From IMG/VR virus record IMGVR_UViG_3300045988_105796: DNA of 64,000 nt. The stretch is one strand, 5' to 3'. Below, one piece after another: positions 36,970 to 47,347 of the stretch. The notes under the pieces are model-generated. The model was given only the letters and a program-made list of their open reading frames with translations, searched no databases and was not told the DNA's origin. This DNA comes from a virus. A program made the position numbers and the translations under genes. Positions within the stretch are counted from its first letter, which is position 1. Each line of letters opens with the position of its first letter.

Positions 36970-37955
36970 ATATTTATTCCTTTCGTTTTCTTTAATACAT
37001 CAGGATTTATAATATCCTCATACAGTAAATTTCTTGCACTGGTACGTTTGAATATTAACTCTTGAGTAGCAAGTGATGGATTCATATTAGCCTTTACATA
37101 ACCTTTAGCTCTAACTATCTGATTATTATCATCTTTGATTAAGGAATCATTTCTCCAACCAGATAATTTATATGAAGCAGATTGTAATATCCAATAATAC
37201 TGAGTACCTTCAGATATTTTAGTCTGGCCATCTTTCTGTAAGTTAGAGAACATACCAGAATCTCCAAACATAATTTGTAGTAGTGGAGGAGATTGTTGAT
37301 ATCCGTTTGATTTACTCCACATCTCTAATAACCTACATTTAGCTAATACATCTTGAGGATTAGCTCTATCATTGCTGTACCAAGATATACTAAATTGTAA
37401 TGTAGTTTCTGAACCTGTATAATGATACATAGGAGTATTTCTACCCATAGAATTTATAACTGCCCATGTACCTTCTGAGTTAATTTCAAGTTCTTTAGGT
37501 ACAGTTTGTAATTCTATGTACTGTACAGGGTTTGAAAACCAGTTGAATATTAATATCTGAGGTTTTGTTATATTCCGGGCTTCATCTCCATTAATGTTTA
37601 GTAGCTGTCTTTCACTACTATCTTTGAAATGTATAGTTGGAGCTTTGGTATATTTTTCATCTAGTTCCCTGGCAATTTTATTTAGAGTAGAATATTTACC
37701 TTTATTAATAGGAGAATAACTTTGACCTTGTGAAGGCTTCCTATAAGAAGGTTTAACATTCTCATTAGGTATTTTTTTATCAATATGATCTTTTGCTCCA
37801 GGTCTAGTTACTCTATCAAGTAAAATCTTAGCTCTCCACAACTTATTAGCCTCACTAGTGAGTACTGTAGATACAGTATCTTTACTAGTGAGGTCATTTA
37901 CTCTATCAAATTCTCGGCCAAGTTTCTTACGGCCTTTTAATATTATATTTGCCAT
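36966..37955 (-). CDS. Tail protein immediately after the tape measure (Mu gp43 position)
   Basis: Position only; no motif recognised. Confidence 0.4.
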   Translation of the reverse strand: MANIILKGRKKLGREFDRVNDLTSKDTVSTVLTSEANKLWRAKILLDRVTRPGAKDHIDKKIPNENVKPSYRKPSQGQSYSPINKGKYSTLNKIARELDEKYTKAPTIHFKDSSERQLLNINGDEARNITKPQILIFNWFSNPVQYIELQTVPKELEINSEGTWAVINSMGRNTPMYHYTGSETTLQFSISWYSNDRANPQDVLAKCRLLEMWSKSNGYQQSPPLLQIMFGDSGMFSNLQKDGQTKISEGTQYYWILQSASYKLSGWRNDSLIKDDNNQIVRAKGYVKANMNPSLATQELIFKRTSARNLLYEDIINPDVLKKTKGINI

Positions 37956-37966
37956 TTCATATAGTT

Positions 37967-40063
37967 TTACATACCATAATCATCCATATCGATATTAGGA
38001 GAAGGCATATTAACACTTGCATGATCTCCATCAGAAAATGTACCAATAGGCTTACTATTCAAATCAATACTGATTGAAGCAGATTTACCTTGTGTGATAG
38101 CTCTAACTAATTCGGCATCTCTTTGAGCTTGTCTTTGTTCTGCAGATCTTTCTTCTTGTTCTTTACTGTGACTTTCTCCAAACCAATCTTTCACTAAATT
38201 GAATATACCTGGTAAGAAACTTACAGCTAAAGAAAGACCCATACCCCAAGGACCCATTAAGAAACCTAAACTCTTAGTAGCAATGCTAGCTAAACCAGCT
38301 CCAGCTCTAGCTAAGGGAACAGCTACGCTTCTAGATAATACTCTTGGTAAAGCACTATTGATAGATCTGTATAAGGGTGTACCATATCTAGCTGCAGAAG
38401 CTACTGATGAAGCTGTAGTAGCTCCAGCTCTAGAACTAGCTACAGCTCCTACCATTAAAGCTTCACTTGGACTTACTATAGTTCCACCCTTAGCTCCAGA
38501 TAAAGCTCTATGACCCTTAGCTACTCTATACTCTAATCGGCCATTCTTATTAATCATAGCTACATAACCAGGATTCAAAGGCATCATATTACCCTTAGAA
38601 CCTACCATACCAACTCCAGTAGACATACCTTGTACAGTAGCCATTCTGGTTAATATCTGTAAACTAGCAAATAAATGTTGTTCCATTTGCTGAGTAGAGA
38701 TATTAGCTGCTTGCATGTTAGTTCTCATAACTCCAGTAGAAGTACCCATTCTAAAGGTATTCTGGGAAATTCTACGAGCTCCCATTACTAACCATCCAAA
38801 GATAGCTCTAAGAGTTATAAATCCAGTTAACCAAGTAGTTCCACCAAGTAGTATCTTTCCTAAACCAGTACCAGCAAAACTATTGAAAACCTGTAATAGT
38901 GATGAGATATTATTGAAGAAAGGTATAAATACTTCATTCAAAGATTTACCTACAGTCACCTTCAAGTTTTCCCATGAAGATTCTAGCATTTTTATAGAAC
39001 CTTCTGGAGTTTTCATATAATCCTCCATGGTTTGCTCTGTCCAACCTTTACCATCAGAAGCATGGTTGAGCTTATCCATGATTTGGAAATAATTACCATT
39101 AGTTTGGTAATCCTGTACCAAAGAGTACATAGCTCGAATACCTCTCTGACCAAATAAATTGAAGTAAGTCTGATACATATCTACAGAGCTCATACCTTTA
39201 GTCTTATCAGAAATAATTTGAATAATTTCTGCCATAGACTTAAGATGACCCTCTGCTGTAGTTAAATCCTTAGGAGCTAATCCTAAAGCTTTCAATGTAG
39301 CAGCTCCACCTTTCGATTGACCTGATAAAGCTTTGTTGAACATATTCAAAGCATTAGCTAAAGCAGTACCAGCCATAGATCCCTGAATACCACTGTTACC
39401 TAATACTCCAATAGAAGCTACCATTTCCTTAAGATCCAATCCAGACATTCTAGCTGTTGCTCCAGCATATTTTACTGCCTGTGCCAAATCTTGCATACTG
39501 GTATTAGCAGAAGTTACACCAACACCCATGATATCTGCTACGTTCTTAGCTTTACTTGGATCAAGGTTATACATAGACATGACATTAGTCATCAAGTCTG
39601 CAGTACCTCCCTTTTGACCCATAGGCATACTAAAGATAGCAGCTAACTGAGCAGCAGGTTCTACTGCTCCTTTAATCTGTTCAAAACCCATACCAGCCAT
39701 AGCCATAAACTTCTGACCAGAAGTGATATCCATAGCTGTTAGAGGGTTTCTAATATTAATATCCTGTGCCTGTTTCAATAGAGCAACCGAGTGATCTACT
39801 CCATCGTTGATCATCTTATTTGTAAGGAAGGAGTTAGCTTGTACCTTTGCCGAATATTCAAAAGTAGATTCCAATCCTTTCAATATCTGCATACCAGTAG
39901 CAGCAGTATTAGCAAAACTAGATTGAGCATCGTAGGCAGTTTGGGTAATACCGTTCATCATGTTATTCCATGATCTCATAATATTACCCGCAGGAGATGT
40001 AAACTGATCCCTTAGAGACATTTGTATACCAACATCTACTAAGGCTGAATTAGATCCGAACAT
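37967..40063 (-). CDS. Tail tape measure protein
   Basis: 698 aa, Ala/Gly/Met-rich, hydrophobic segments near residues 400-440 and 590-625. Position after the chaperone frameshift pair. Confidence 0.8.
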   Translation of the reverse strand: MFGSNSALVDVGIQMSLRDQFTSPAGNIMRSWNNMMNGITQTAYDAQSSFANTAATGMQILKGLESTFEYSAKVQANSFLTNKMINDGVDHSVALLKQAQDINIRNPLTAMDITSGQKFMAMAGMGFEQIKGAVEPAAQLAAIFSMPMGQKGGTADLMTNVMSMYNLDPSKAKNVADIMGVGVTSANTSMQDLAQAVKYAGATARMSGLDLKEMVASIGVLGNSGIQGSMAGTALANALNMFNKALSGQSKGGAATLKALGLAPKDLTTAEGHLKSMAEIIQIISDKTKGMSSVDMYQTYFNLFGQRGIRAMYSLVQDYQTNGNYFQIMDKLNHASDGKGWTEQTMEDYMKTPEGSIKMLESSWENLKVTVGKSLNEVFIPFFNNISSLLQVFNSFAGTGLGKILLGGTTWLTGFITLRAIFGWLVMGARRISQNTFRMGTSTGVMRTNMQAANISTQQMEQHLFASLQILTRMATVQGMSTGVGMVGSKGNMMPLNPGYVAMINKNGRLEYRVAKGHRALSGAKGGTIVSPSEALMVGAVASSRAGATTASSVASAARYGTPLYRSINSALPRVLSRSVAVPLARAGAGLASIATKSLGFLMGPWGMGLSLAVSFLPGIFNLVKDWFGESHSKEQEERSAEQRQAQRDAELVRAITQGKSASISIDLNSKPIGTFSDGDHASVNMPSPNIDMDDYGM

Positions 40064-40308
40064 TATTTTAATTTCTTAGCGTTTTCTCTCTGATGTTCAT
40101 AAAAAGCATCAGCAAATATTTTGAATTTATCTCGTACTCTTAACGGAAGACGTAAAAAGCAGAAATAATCTCCTACGTTTATTTCTGCTCTTTGTAAATA
40201 CATAAATTGATTTACTAAAGGGATTGCCCTTGGTATACCCTTTTTAATACAGGTTTCATCGGATAACCCCTCAGCATCTTCATTTACGCTTCCGTTGGAA
40301 AGAAAAAA
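40063..40308 (-). CDS. -1 frame extension of the tail assembly chaperone (GT / E+E'-type fusion product, C-terminal part)
   Basis: The -1 frame is open from the slippery site to TAA at 40065-40063, which overlaps the tape-measure ATG as TAATG. It reads FLSNGSVNEDAEGLSDETCIKKG...FYEHQRENAKKLK and has no start codon of its own near its 5' end. Confidence 0.55.
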   Translation of the reverse strand, partial: FFLSNGSVNEDAEGLSDETCIKKGIPRAIPLVNQFMYLQRAEINVGDYFCFLRLPLRVRDKFKIFADAFYEHQRENAKKLK

Positions 40309-41063
40309 TGAGGAGCTCCAAGTATAGGGAAGTTCTCCTTTTCATGAGTTCTTGGATTCTCAATCTCAGTTGTACCTGGCCAAATAGGATCTATCTTATG
40401 TACAATAGCTCTCATTTCTGCCATCTCTCTGATACTGAATAGAGAGAATTGTTGTACATTATCCCATCTACCATTTACCTCTAATTGTAAACCTCTTGCA
40501 AGTAGTTCTACATTTCTAGTTTGTTTATCTGGAGATAATTGTAAAGCCCAAGATTCCGCATTACCATCCATGAGATTGAATTTAATTCTCTTACCCGTAG
40601 ACAGAGTAACCTCATAGTTCTTGAAATTAATCTGTCTCAATAACTCTAAATCTTCATAAGGTTTAATAGCCTCAGGTTTAGATTCTAGAGCATTTTCATC
40701 TACATTACTATAATCATCAAAGATAAACTCTTCTAGATTCTGCTCATAATAAGTAGGAGTACTTTCTAATGGCCAAGTATATGCAAAGTCTAACATATTT
40801 CCTAAAGAGAAGATTCTTACCTGAATCAAGATAGCATATCTATCTCTAATAGGTAAATTTAGGGCATCTTGAGGAGTTAACTTACCTGAAGCAGTGAAGT
40901 CTGTTTTAGTTACTACTCTTGAAATGAAGTTAGTAATGTTCATCAAGTTAGCTGCATCAGCCTGGTTTGATAATACCTCTTCATCCTCTCCATTTTCCTC
41001 TCTGATTGTGTAACTGTAGCCTGTAGGGCCAATAAAAGTTTTTGTTAAAATGTGATCTTCCAT
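40284..41063 (-). CDS. Tail assembly chaperone (gpG / P2 gpE analogue)
   Basis: Lies between the tube and tape measure. Acidic protein carrying the slippery site near its 3' end. Confidence 0.6.
   Translation of the reverse strand: MEDHILTKTFIGPTGYSYTIREENGEDEEVLSNQADAANLMNITNFISRVVTKTDFTASGKLTPQDALNLPIRDRYAILIQVRIFSLGNMLDFAYTWPLESTPTYYEQNLEEFIFDDYSNVDENALESKPEAIKPYEDLELLRQINFKNYEVTLSTGKRIKFNLMDGNAESWALQLSPDKQTRNVELLARGLQLEVNGRWDNVQQFSLFSIREMAEMRAIVHKIDPIWPGTTEIENPRTHEKENFPILGAPHFFFPTEA
40302..40308 (-). other. Slippery heptamer T TTT TTC (X XXY YYZ) for a -1 programmed ribosomal frameshift
   Basis: Zero-frame codons are CAT TTT TTC TTT CCA ACG GAA GCG TAA, so the heptamer is in the correct phase, 6 codons before the stop. 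Confidence 0.55.
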
Positions 41064-41094
41064 TTGATGTCTTGTTTAAGTTGATTATAAATCG

Positions 41095-41135
41095 AAAAAA
41101 GGGAGTAGGATCTAATGACCTTACTCCCAGTATTT
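41095..41135. terminator. Hairpin terminator after the tail tube gene
   Basis: AAAAAA-GGGAGTAGG-loop-CCTTACTCCC-AGTATTTTT. The minus-strand version is followed by TTTTTT. Confidence 0.6.
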
Positions 41136-41600
41136 TTAATATTTATCCATAGTACCTACAGAGAACTCTATTTTTTCAATAGTATTCTCTGAAGCAGTTC
41201 TATCAAAGTCTAGTCCAGTAATCTTCTTTGGCCATACTTCTGCATAAGAATGAGTATTTAGGATAGTTTTACCATCCTCAGCCAATTCGTTTACAAGTAC
41301 ATTACACCAGTAATCTGTAGGTACTAGACCACCACCAAGAATATGATCCTGGCATGAGAATAACCAATCCCATACCCAAGTATCAGATCCTGAAGTAGTA
41401 CATAATTTCTCTACGATAAGAGTACCTATCTTAACTCTACCTGCAGTTTTTACATCCCTGTTGATATCTCCATGTTCTACCTCATCTATTGTAAGATCTG
41501 GTAAACTACATTTCTGACACAGATATGGGTTAATAGGATGTTCTGCAAATTGAAGGCTCCATAGGAACTTCTTACGTGGGTTTTTTACCTTTGCTCCCAT
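41136..41600 (-). CDS. Tail tube protein
   Basis: 154 aa, directly downstream of the sheath gene (3-nt gap). Assigned by synteny. Confidence 0.6.
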   Translation of the reverse strand: MGAKVKNPRKKFLWSLQFAEHPINPYLCQKCSLPDLTIDEVEHGDINRDVKTAGRVKIGTLIVEKLCTTSGSDTWVWDWLFSCQDHILGGGLVPTDYWCNVLVNELAEDGKTILNTHSYAEVWPKKITGLDFDRTASENTIEKIEFSVGTMDKY

Positions 41601-41602
41601 AC

Positions 41603-43291
41603 TTATTTATCTCCTTTTGGTTTATTACTTAATGATACATCGATTGCTTTAACACTAGAATCGATAGAAAGAGTAATAGTAATCTCCTGCAAAGCCGTTA
41701 CATCCTTGAATGAGAATACTACTTTGTATTTACCCTGTCTTACATCGGCTTGGTTATTAACTACCAAACTATCCCAAGAAGTAGCATCTTGATCACCCTG
41801 CCACTTAGGATCAGTTAGATCATTATTATCTACCCACTGAGTAAGATACTTCTGTACTTCAAGGTAAATTCTAGACCAAGTACTCCAATGATTTGGTTCC
41901 TCTAGATACTGATCAAGTATAGGTCTTAGAGTCTTCTTAATATTCAGGATAAGGCCTGTATTACCTAAGAATCTAAAAGAATCCTTCTTAACTTGATCTG
42001 TGAAGTTATGCCATAGAACAGTTCTCTTACCATAGGAAGCAGTATCCTTGATTACAAATAGGTTGATACATTCATTAGCTAAGCTATTGAGAGTATCAAA
42101 TCTACCTGCAGAACCGTAGTTTACAGAAGCTGGACCATTAGCATCGATTACTACTCCACGATTCAAACCTGCAAATGAACGACTATAGCTGTAAGTAGAT
42201 CCACTTGAATCAGCTAAACCTAATACAGTACCGAGTACATCTGAAGGCTGGAGTATACCATAATCGTTGGTATATAAAAGACCAGCACCATAATAAGAAA
42301 TCCACTTAGAATGTCCAATAGCAGAAGCAATTTGATTTTTATAGTTAATCATATCCTCTGCCTTCATTAGGTCAGTGGTTCCTACCTTATACTTTGGAAT
42401 CTCAATATAGAACTGGAACTCAGATAGGCTATCTACTATATCCTTAGCTGCTTTATATACTTTAATAAGCTCTGCCTGAGCTAAGTGCTGATGAGCATGA
42501 GATAAAGCTAGATGATATGAATCAAGGTAATCACGAGCATTATCTAAAGCATCTATCCACTCTTTAGAAGTAGGAGCAGATGTTTCTGAAGTACCTATGG
42601 TGTAGGTATTAGTAGCTGTAAGAGTTACAGTTACATTATTACGAGAACCATCGATCTTTGACAACCAGTTTAATACTGCTTCTACAGAACTGAGTGATTT
42701 ACTAGGTTCATTATCTGGAGATACAATAATCTTCAAATAAGGATTATTGGCAATAAAATTACTTAGGCTAAGGTAATCTACGGAAGTATTATTATTAGCA
42801 TCTGAGTTCTGATATACTAAAATAACTCCTGTGTCTAGTACTGTACCATCTGCTCCAACTACAGAATAATTTACAGTATTACCATCTAGCTTAGTAGTTA
42901 CTACAAATTCATTACCACTACCAATTGGATCTCCATTGCTTCTAGTAACAGCCTTAAGTGTTACACTTTGACCATTGCAAACGATTTTTAATAGAGAATC
43001 CGTTGAAGCAGTTTTTACTTTTCCAGGAGCAGCTCCTGGACCAACTACTCTAATGATTCTAAGTTTTGAACCACCTCTTAAGGCAGTTTCAATGTTTGAG
43101 ATAGAACCATCTGGTACTACCTCTTTTCCGTAAATTCGATGAAACTGTGGAACTGATGTGATTAGTACTGAAGGATCCTTTGCAGGTCCTTTAGTAGTAC
43201 GAGCCAAAACAGTAGATATACCAGTAGTCACAGAACTTTGTTCAACATTACGGTTTATAATATCGAACTTAACTTGCGGTGTATTAGGCAT
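41603..43291 (-). CDS. Contractile tail sheath protein
   Basis: The N-terminus VTTGISTVLARTTKGPAKDPSVLITSVPQFHRIYG matches the sheath pattern s.gafvG.a.kGP.n.p.litS..ef...fG. 562 aa. Confidence 0.8.
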   Translation of the reverse strand: MPNTPQVKFDIINRNVEQSSVTTGISTVLARTTKGPAKDPSVLITSVPQFHRIYGKEVVPDGSISNIETALRGGSKLRIIRVVGPGAAPGKVKTASTDSLLKIVCNGQSVTLKAVTRSNGDPIGSGNEFVVTTKLDGNTVNYSVVGADGTVLDTGVILVYQNSDANNNTSVDYLSLSNFIANNPYLKIIVSPDNEPSKSLSSVEAVLNWLSKIDGSRNNVTVTLTATNTYTIGTSETSAPTSKEWIDALDNARDYLDSYHLALSHAHQHLAQAELIKVYKAAKDIVDSLSEFQFYIEIPKYKVGTTDLMKAEDMINYKNQIASAIGHSKWISYYGAGLLYTNDYGILQPSDVLGTVLGLADSSGSTYSYSRSFAGLNRGVVIDANGPASVNYGSAGRFDTLNSLANECINLFVIKDTASYGKRTVLWHNFTDQVKKDSFRFLGNTGLILNIKKTLRPILDQYLEEPNHWSTWSRIYLEVQKYLTQWVDNNDLTDPKWQGDQDATSWDSLVVNNQADVRQGKYKVVFSFKDVTALQEITITLSIDSSVKAIDVSLSNKPKGDK

Positions 43292-43293
43292 AT

Positions 43294-43305
43294 TTTTAAT
43301 GTTAA
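43294..43305 (-). promoter_or_regulatory. Variant of the recurrent leader motif (TTAACATTAAAA) upstream of the sheath gene
   Basis: The minus strand reads AACTTTTAACATTAAAAAT-ATG. Confidence 0.25.
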
Positions 43306-43339
43306 AAGTTTGTTTATATAAAATGTTTTGAGTATCGTT

Positions 43340-44035
43340 TTATCTTTGTATTTCGATGTTTAGTTGAGATTCTTTTAATAAGCAACTAATATCTTTGATT
43401 TGAGTAATGTTAGTTTCGGTAATTTTAGTCATTATCAAACCATCTCTTACAGTATAAGTATATACTTTTTCTAACAACCCATGATCTAAATTCTGATGAT
43501 CATAATAATTACCTACTTCTATATATAGATTACCTGAAGGACTGATCTTTTGTTTTCTCCACTCTTCTAAGGTTTGATTTATGTAAGGAGTTATATAACC
43601 TCTAGCAGGTAAAGCCGTATACATTATATGATGTAGAGTTCTCATCTCAGGTTCAGTCTGAGAACATAGATGTACATCAATTAATATATCTTTAGTCTCA
43701 TAACCTAAATCAATTATGTTAGTATTATCTTCATCAAAATCTTCTTTCTCTAATCCTATACTTCCGGGATAATAAGACTTTAATTCTAAAGTAATACGAG
43801 GGACATCTTTGATACCTCTAGACTGATTATTACCTATACCAAAAACACTTATAAATTTACTACCTATAGCTTCTCTATCCTGATTATACTTTCTTTCTCC
43901 TTCCAAAGTAGGTATAGGAGGATTCTTAGTCATATCAAGATAATCAGTAGGATTTATAGTCAAACCTCGTTTAATGGTTTCATTTAATAGAGCAATGTAA
44001 AAAGTACGCTCTACAATTTCTTGTGATTCTATCAT
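43340..44035 (-). CDS. Hypothetical structural protein (neck/tail-completion position)
   Basis: ORF track; position upstream of the sheath. Confidence 0.45.
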   Translation of the reverse strand: MIESQEIVERTFYIALLNETIKRGLTINPTDYLDMTKNPPIPTLEGERKYNQDREAIGSKFISVFGIGNNQSRGIKDVPRITLELKSYYPGSIGLEKEDFDEDNTNIIDLGYETKDILIDVHLCSQTEPEMRTLHHIMYTALPARGYITPYINQTLEEWRKQKISPSGNLYIEVGNYYDHQNLDHGLLEKVYTYTVRDGLIMTKITETNITQIKDISCLLKESQLNIEIQR

Positions 44036-44038
44036 AAT

Positions 44039-45178
44039 TTAATTCTCCTCCCATGAAACTGAAGGTTCATCCTCAAATGGGTTTGAGTATCTACCATAGA
44101 AACCATCCTTAAATCCTATTTCAAAAGGTACTTTAGGTATGGTATCTTCATCTAAACCTTTTAATACTATACCATCTATATCATTGCTATTCTCAAACAT
44201 TTCTGTATCATGTAATTGATATACATTACTACCTACCTTAATCCTGGTAGCATTATAATAGAAATTTTCTTTAAGAATATTAAAGTTAAAAGAGGAGAGA
44301 TTTTCTTCTACTAAGGATATGTTTATATGAGCACTGCTATAGTAGGTATATAAAGTATCTATATACTTATTCTCTGGTTTAGCAGTTTTAGAAACATCGT
44401 AGTAAATTCTTTTTTGATTATCTTTCTCGTACTCTCCCTTAATACCTGTTTCTTTAATCTTAGTATATTTACAATCTACATATCCTCCTATATAGTTTTG
44501 GATAGGAGTACTATCTTTTAAGGTAATTCTAATATGATATGGCTTATCTGTAGAATTACCTTTTTGTGTATACTTATTAGGCCAGTATATATATACTCTT
44601 CCACCTATGGAGGCATAACCCTTAGTAGCATCATCTTTCAACAAATCATCAGGTAAAGTAAAATCACTTACATTGAAGTCAATCATTATACCTCCATAAT
44701 AAGCTGTATTTAATATAAAGTCTTCATCAGCTCTTATGTTTAATTTCTTTCTTACACTACTGAGCGATAGCCATTTATTCGTTCGATATTCCCAGAGGTA
44801 TATTAAATTACCTACCTTATTCAGGTACTCTGGGTCTTTAGAAGGTATAGTATGTAGTACTCTAAGGGGTTTAGTATAAGGTACAGTAGTTTTATTAGAT
44901 AGATCGTCATATAAATACTTTAATGATCTAACCTCATCTCCCGTGAAAGATCCTGTTCTAGGGGCTACATGTACTAAACCTTCATCTGAAGTAGGTACAT
45001 ATTTATCTTTAGGTACTTTTAATAACTTCAAATCTACATTAGAGATTACTTTACCCTCTGCTTTTATTTGATAAGTTTCTGTGTAAGAGTTTTGGTTAGT
45101 ATTTTCTGTAGGAGAGATTTTTATACTACCTGTACCAGTGCCAGAAACTTTATCTAGTTTAAACTTAGAATCTGCCAT
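44039..45178 (-). CDS. Hypothetical structural protein
   Basis: ORF track. Confidence 0.45.
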   Translation of the reverse strand: MADSKFKLDKVSGTGTGSIKISPTENTNQNSYTETYQIKAEGKVISNVDLKLLKVPKDKYVPTSDEGLVHVAPRTGSFTGDEVRSLKYLYDDLSNKTTVPYTKPLRVLHTIPSKDPEYLNKVGNLIYLWEYRTNKWLSLSSVRKKLNIRADEDFILNTAYYGGIMIDFNVSDFTLPDDLLKDDATKGYASIGGRVYIYWPNKYTQKGNSTDKPYHIRITLKDSTPIQNYIGGYVDCKYTKIKETGIKGEYEKDNQKRIYYDVSKTAKPENKYIDTLYTYYSSAHINISLVEENLSSFNFNILKENFYYNATRIKVGSNVYQLHDTEMFENSNDIDGIVLKGLDEDTIPKVPFEIGFKDGFYGRYSNPFEDEPSVSWEEN

Positions 45179-45179
45179 G

Positions 45180-45734
45180 TTAAATTGTATTTCTAATTTG
45201 TTTTCTTATCTCTAGTACTAATTGTTTTTTATATTTGTCTGCCATAGTATTATCCCATAACACTGACCATAAAGGTCGTGAAGGTATTTTACCATCTGAT
45301 GAACCGAACTCTAGTACTTTAGCTACCCAAGTTAAAGTTCTTGGATTTTTATTAGTCCTACCATCAGGTCTAGTTTTAATACGTGATTGAGTTAATCCTA
45401 CGGCTATTTGTTTACCTCTTTGCAAAGGTTTAATGTTTCTATAGTACTGAGATGACCAATATAATAAGGTATGATCTCCAATAGCTTTTATAGTTTTCTC
45501 AGTATGCGGAGGCCAAGATACTCCACTATTTGGAGGAGGCATACCTCTTGATATACACTCTCTAGCTATCTTAGCTAATCTTTCTGCAAATGCCAAACCA
45601 GCAAGCTTATAAGCATTATTAAGTATATTAGGAGTTTCCCTAATAAGCTTATTAGCTTTAGCTTGCTGGTTTCTATTAGCATAGATAACTAAATCACCTA
45701 CTGGAGTAGGTATAGTTACCTGTAATGATCTCAC
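45180..45734 (-). CDS. HK97 gp10-like head-tail joining / virion morphogenesis protein
   Basis: C-terminal LEFGSSDGKIPSRPLWSV resembles the gp10-family iPaRPfl motif. Confidence 0.45.
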   Translation of the reverse strand: MRSLQVTIPTPVGDLVIYANRNQQAKANKLIRETPNILNNAYKLAGLAFAERLAKIARECISRGMPPPNSGVSWPPHTEKTIKAIGDHTLLYWSSQYYRNIKPLQRGKQIAVGLTQSRIKTRPDGRTNKNPRTLTWVAKVLEFGSSDGKIPSRPLWSVLWDNTMADKYKKQLVLEIRKQIRNTI

Positions 45735-47314
45735 TATATTATTGAGTTTTTAATTTCTACATTCCAACTAGACTGTTCAGATTTTAATTTATCAGCTATA
45801 GGTTTTATTAATTTTGAAAATTTTGAAAAATCTTCTGGGCTTAAAGCTTTTCTAACTCCCGGTAGTAAAACTATATTACTGAGTTTACTACTACCCTCTA
45901 CCATATCTCTCAAAGAATAATAAAAATTACTTATATAGTCATCTTCTAAAGTAGAATCAAGGTTAATGTCTCCTTCTAAATATATGTAAACTATCAATTT
46001 AGTTAATTGTTTACAATTCTTATAGGCTTCCTTATAGTTATTAAATATATACCTTCTATAATCACTATAAGGAAGCCTAATATATGAATTAGCTCCCACA
46101 ATATGTATACTAGATGTAGCTGTAGATATACCCGTATTATTGAATAATCTTAGGTATAAATTAAAATATCTAATCAGAGGATCAAAAGGTATATTAAAAT
46201 TATTAAAACAACCCACATCAATGGATCCTATATAAGGACTATGAAATAGTTTGAAATAATCTTTTAAGGTTAATATTCTTGTAGCTTCTCTATCTATATT
46301 AATGTCATATATTTTTAATAGATTGTAAATGGTAGAAATGTCCCCAGATAATGAAAGTAATTTATCTGTAGTATCTTGGTTACTAGATATGTCAAAAGAT
46401 AGGTCTATTGATAAATTATAGCCTATATGGGTATTATAAATATTTCCATACATATATAGACCAGTATTTTGAGTTAAAACTACCTCATTGTAAGTACCAT
46501 CTACTACCTCTGGAGTTTTATCTGCTAGTACTATAGTATTATTATTATTATCTACCTTTAAGAAAGTTAATAAACCATTCAAATAACGAGGATATCTAAT
46601 AGTATACTCTATATCATGTCTATTATATAAATGAATTAATCGATCAAGGTTTATAAGCTCATTTTTTGAAGTTGGAGCTATAGAATCAGTATAATCATAA
46701 GGAGAATCAGTTACTAAATCTACTTTGTAAAAATTATATGAACTCATTAGTTTACTGTTCCCTTTTAGATACTTGATCATCTGTTCTCCAGGTATAAAGT
46801 TAAGAGTATAACTATTACTCATATATACAGGTATTAATACTAATTTGCAAGTAAGATTTCCTTCTCTATTATGAGTATTTTTCAAATATATATCGAAAGA
46901 TATTTCGCTATATACCTTACTATAACCATATATTTCATTATAAGGTAATCTACCAAGATACCTTAGATTATCACCATAATTTAATAAAGATCTAGCTATA
47001 TTTATTAATTTTATAGGCTTACTACGTTCAAATAAGTTTTCCAGTAATAGGTCTTTATTGGAAAACTTAAACAATATTGTACTTACTATATCATTTCTGT
47101 AGCTGTCATACCTTTTAACATCCTCCCTATATGAGAATTCTGAGCTATCTGGGATATCCATATAATTAATATCTCCATATATATAACCTATACTATGATC
47201 TATTGAATTGATTTTGTTATCATATGTTTGCTTATCCGCAAAATTCAAGCTCATATACTGCTTAATCAGCTCCCAGAACTTTGTAAGTCCTGTTTTATCT
47301 AAAAAACTTGCCAT
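45734..47314 (-). CDS. Hypothetical Asn/Tyr/Ile-rich structural protein (weak BspA-type LRR resemblance)
   Basis: ORF track. Segments such as AYKNCKQLTKLIVYI and IGSIDVGCFNNFNIPF weakly recall BspA-like leucine-rich repeats. Confidence 0.4.
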   Translation of the reverse strand: MASFLDKTGLTKFWELIKQYMSLNFADKQTYDNKINSIDHSIGYIYGDINYMDIPDSSEFSYREDVKRYDSYRNDIVSTILFKFSNKDLLLENLFERSKPIKLINIARSLLNYGDNLRYLGRLPYNEIYGYSKVYSEISFDIYLKNTHNREGNLTCKLVLIPVYMSNSYTLNFIPGEQMIKYLKGNSKLMSSYNFYKVDLVTDSPYDYTDSIAPTSKNELINLDRLIHLYNRHDIEYTIRYPRYLNGLLTFLKVDNNNNTIVLADKTPEVVDGTYNEVVLTQNTGLYMYGNIYNTHIGYNLSIDLSFDISSNQDTTDKLLSLSGDISTIYNLLKIYDINIDREATRILTLKDYFKLFHSPYIGSIDVGCFNNFNIPFDPLIRYFNLYLRLFNNTGISTATSSIHIVGANSYIRLPYSDYRRYIFNNYKEAYKNCKQLTKLIVYIYLEGDINLDSTLEDDYISNFYYSLRDMVEGSSKLSNIVLLPGVRKALSPEDFSKFSKLIKPIADKLKSEQSSWNVEIKNSII

Positions 47315-47325
47315 ATTGTGTAATG

Positions 47326-47337
47326 TTTTAATGTTTA
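47326..47337 (-). promoter_or_regulatory. Recurrent leader motif TAAACATTAAAA
   Basis: The minus strand reads CTAAACATTAAAACATTACACAAT-ATG. Confidence 0.3.
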
Positions 47338-47347
47338 GTAATTTATA

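Noticed and set aside
38199-39973. Plus-strand ORFs (38199-38513, 38715-39020, 39791-39973) opposite the tape measure gene
   Set aside because: Antisense to a 698-aa ORF with typical tape-measure composition. The Ala/Gly-rich coding strand creates open antisense frames by chance.
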